A model generated the notes under the pieces. The model saw only the letters and a list, made by a program, of their open reading frames with translations, was not told where the DNA came from and did not search any database. Positions 62,191 through 64,000 of a stretch of DNA of 64,000 nt are shown here, in pieces. The DNA comes from Camelus dromedarius (lineage: Eukaryota): the NCBI RefSeq assembly GCF_036321535.1, contig NC_087447.1:52578001-52642000 (forward strand), written 5' to 3'. A program made the position numbers and the translations under genes. How positions within the stretch are numbered: position 1 is the first letter of the stretch; every line of letters starts with the position of its first letter.

Positions 62191-63084
62191 GTGGCAACAG
62201 TTGCCTAATACATATAACATCTCAAAAGACTTCGCAACTCGGTTGTAGGCATTGTAGCACCTTTTTACAGTTAAGGAAACACAAAGGCTCCAAGAATCGA
62301 GAAGTAACGCAACTTGCCCTGTGTCACACAAGAGCAGGTTCAAGCGCTGAAGTCTACTCTGTCTGTACAGCCCCAACTCTTAGCTTCTCTACCAAACTAC
62401 TTCTCAACATGTGTTTGCATGGACAAATGGATAAATGAACAGACATATGAATAACATTCCACGTACGGGAGCCAAAAACACCCACTCAGGGCCTGACCAC
62501 CTTAAGGCCAGGACAAACTCATCAATGTACCCAAAGAAGCTCATTTTCCTTTTATGAGGTGTTTGCTGCACAAAGAGCTTGCCCAGGAAATGAGTCCTCT
62601 TCATGCCAGGGGAAAAAAGAAACTGCCCTGGAGTGGAAGATAACCACAGCCTGTCAGGCTCCTGGTGTGCTGACGGTCTTCGTGGTCCAGCAGATGGTGT
62701 CAAGGATGTGACCTCCAGAGGTTCACAATAGGCAGTTGACGAAGGCCTCATCTGCATGGGCAGCACGGACGCCCACAGCTGATCCGTGTCTTAGAGCGTG
62801 GTACTTAGCAGCTGCGGTAGCACGGGGTGACTGGTGGAGCTCCCCTTCTGAACCGCTGGGAGGCTAAATAATTAACTGCCTTGGGGTGGGAATAGGCAGA
62901 CCCTTCTGAGAGGCTACAGAGGGTCCCTGTTCAAGTGGCAACGGATGAATGTCTTTAGATCCACATCCCTCCCTGAGATTTGCCATCTCAAAAGAAACGG
63001 AAACAAAATCAATGATAAAATTTAAAAAGCTGGAGATCTGGATCCTGCTTTTGATTTCACAAAATAGTTTAAAAATTATTTCTG

Positions 63085-63960
63085 GTCCAGTAGAAAAAAA
63101 ATAGACAAAGGATAGGAACAGTCTATTCAGAGAAGAACAAATACAAAGAGCTAACAAACATATGAAAAGATGTTTGGCTGTACTGATAATTAGAGAAATG
63201 CAGATCAAAACAACAATGAAATGCCACTTTTTCCCCAAGCAGGCTGACAAAAATGGGAAAAGCTTGATAATTTCCCATGTCTGCCCCTCAAGAAGGGACG
63301 TTCTCACATACTATTGTGGAATGTTTTGTGGGACACCTTGGCAACATCCTTCAACATTTAGCTACACACCTCTTAGCCGGTCAGTTCTCTTACTGGGAAC
63401 TTACTCTCCAGTTACATGCATCTCCCCAGATATGTCAAGACAGGCATATAAGGAATTCACTGAGAAGTTATTTGGAATAGCAAAAATCTAGAAATACTTA
63501 AGTGTCCAATGACAGAAGATGAGGTTAACTGTACACAGGACATTGACACAATGGAAGAATATGCAGTGATTAACAAGGCTGAGTTAGTCCTGTAGGGACT
63601 GAAACTGGAACATCTAGATGTGTCGTCAAGGGAAAAGTACGAGGTGCAGAACGGTGCAGAGAAAAACCTCTGGGGCGTAAATAAAATGTGGGTCTACGTG
63701 TTTCTTTCCTGAAAGGATAACAACAAACTCGTATACAGTAGTCACCTTTGGAGAGGGGCAGCTGGGAACCTGAGATGAGTTGTGTGCTTTGTTCTATCTT
63801 TCTGTGCATTACACTTTCTGACCGTGCTCGTCTATTTTTTTTTTTTAACTTAACAGGAGTTATCTGGACAGTGAGATTAAAGGCCTTTTTTGTTTTCCTT
63901 ACCCTCACACACATTAAAAATCTAGTAAATGTTACAACTTACTATTATATGATGTGTTAA
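63085..63960 (+). mobile_element. L1ME-type ORF2 end / 3' UTR fragment
   Basis: MKRCLAVLIIREMQIKTTMKCHF resembles L1 ORF2 MKKCSSSLAIREMQIKTTMRYHL; degraded 3' UTR follows. Confidence 0.8.
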
Positions 63961-64000
63961 TTCTAATGTACTCAAATGCCAGGGGAGTGAAACAGCTGAG

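Noticed and set aside
1..64000. CRISPR array, operon, defence system or other novel multi-gene system
   Set aside because: Mammalian repeat-rich DNA with no regularly spaced repeats and no credible coding genes.

Overview
Non-coding mammalian DNA, intergenic or deep-intronic. It is almost certainly camelid (camel/llama/alpaca): it carries three tRNA-Ala-derived Vic-1-type SINEs and cetartiodactyl-type L1 3' UTRs, and I saw no bovine, pig or primate SINEs. I found no credible protein-coding gene, RNA gene, CRISPR array or CpG island. The listed ORFs are chance frames, low-complexity sequence or decayed L1 fragments. The window is dominated by transposon fossils: about 45 MIR fragments by eye (only the clearer ones are listed), many L2 pieces, old L1M/HAL1 fragments, MaLR/ERVL solo LTRs, and hAT and Tigger MITEs, plus a few young camelid L1/SINE insertions with readable target-site duplications (TSDs). 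The most notable structure is a three-tier nest near 59.8-61.7 kb: an old L1/HAL1 ORF1 remnant, interrupted by a Vic-1 SINE, itself interrupted by a 5'-inverted (twin-primed) L1 with an atypical 3' end. Several repeat-free, motif-dense islands look like candidate enhancers, but that is inference. Family names come from recalled consensus similarity, not a database search, and old-repeat boundaries are approximate. I cannot support a novel biological system here.
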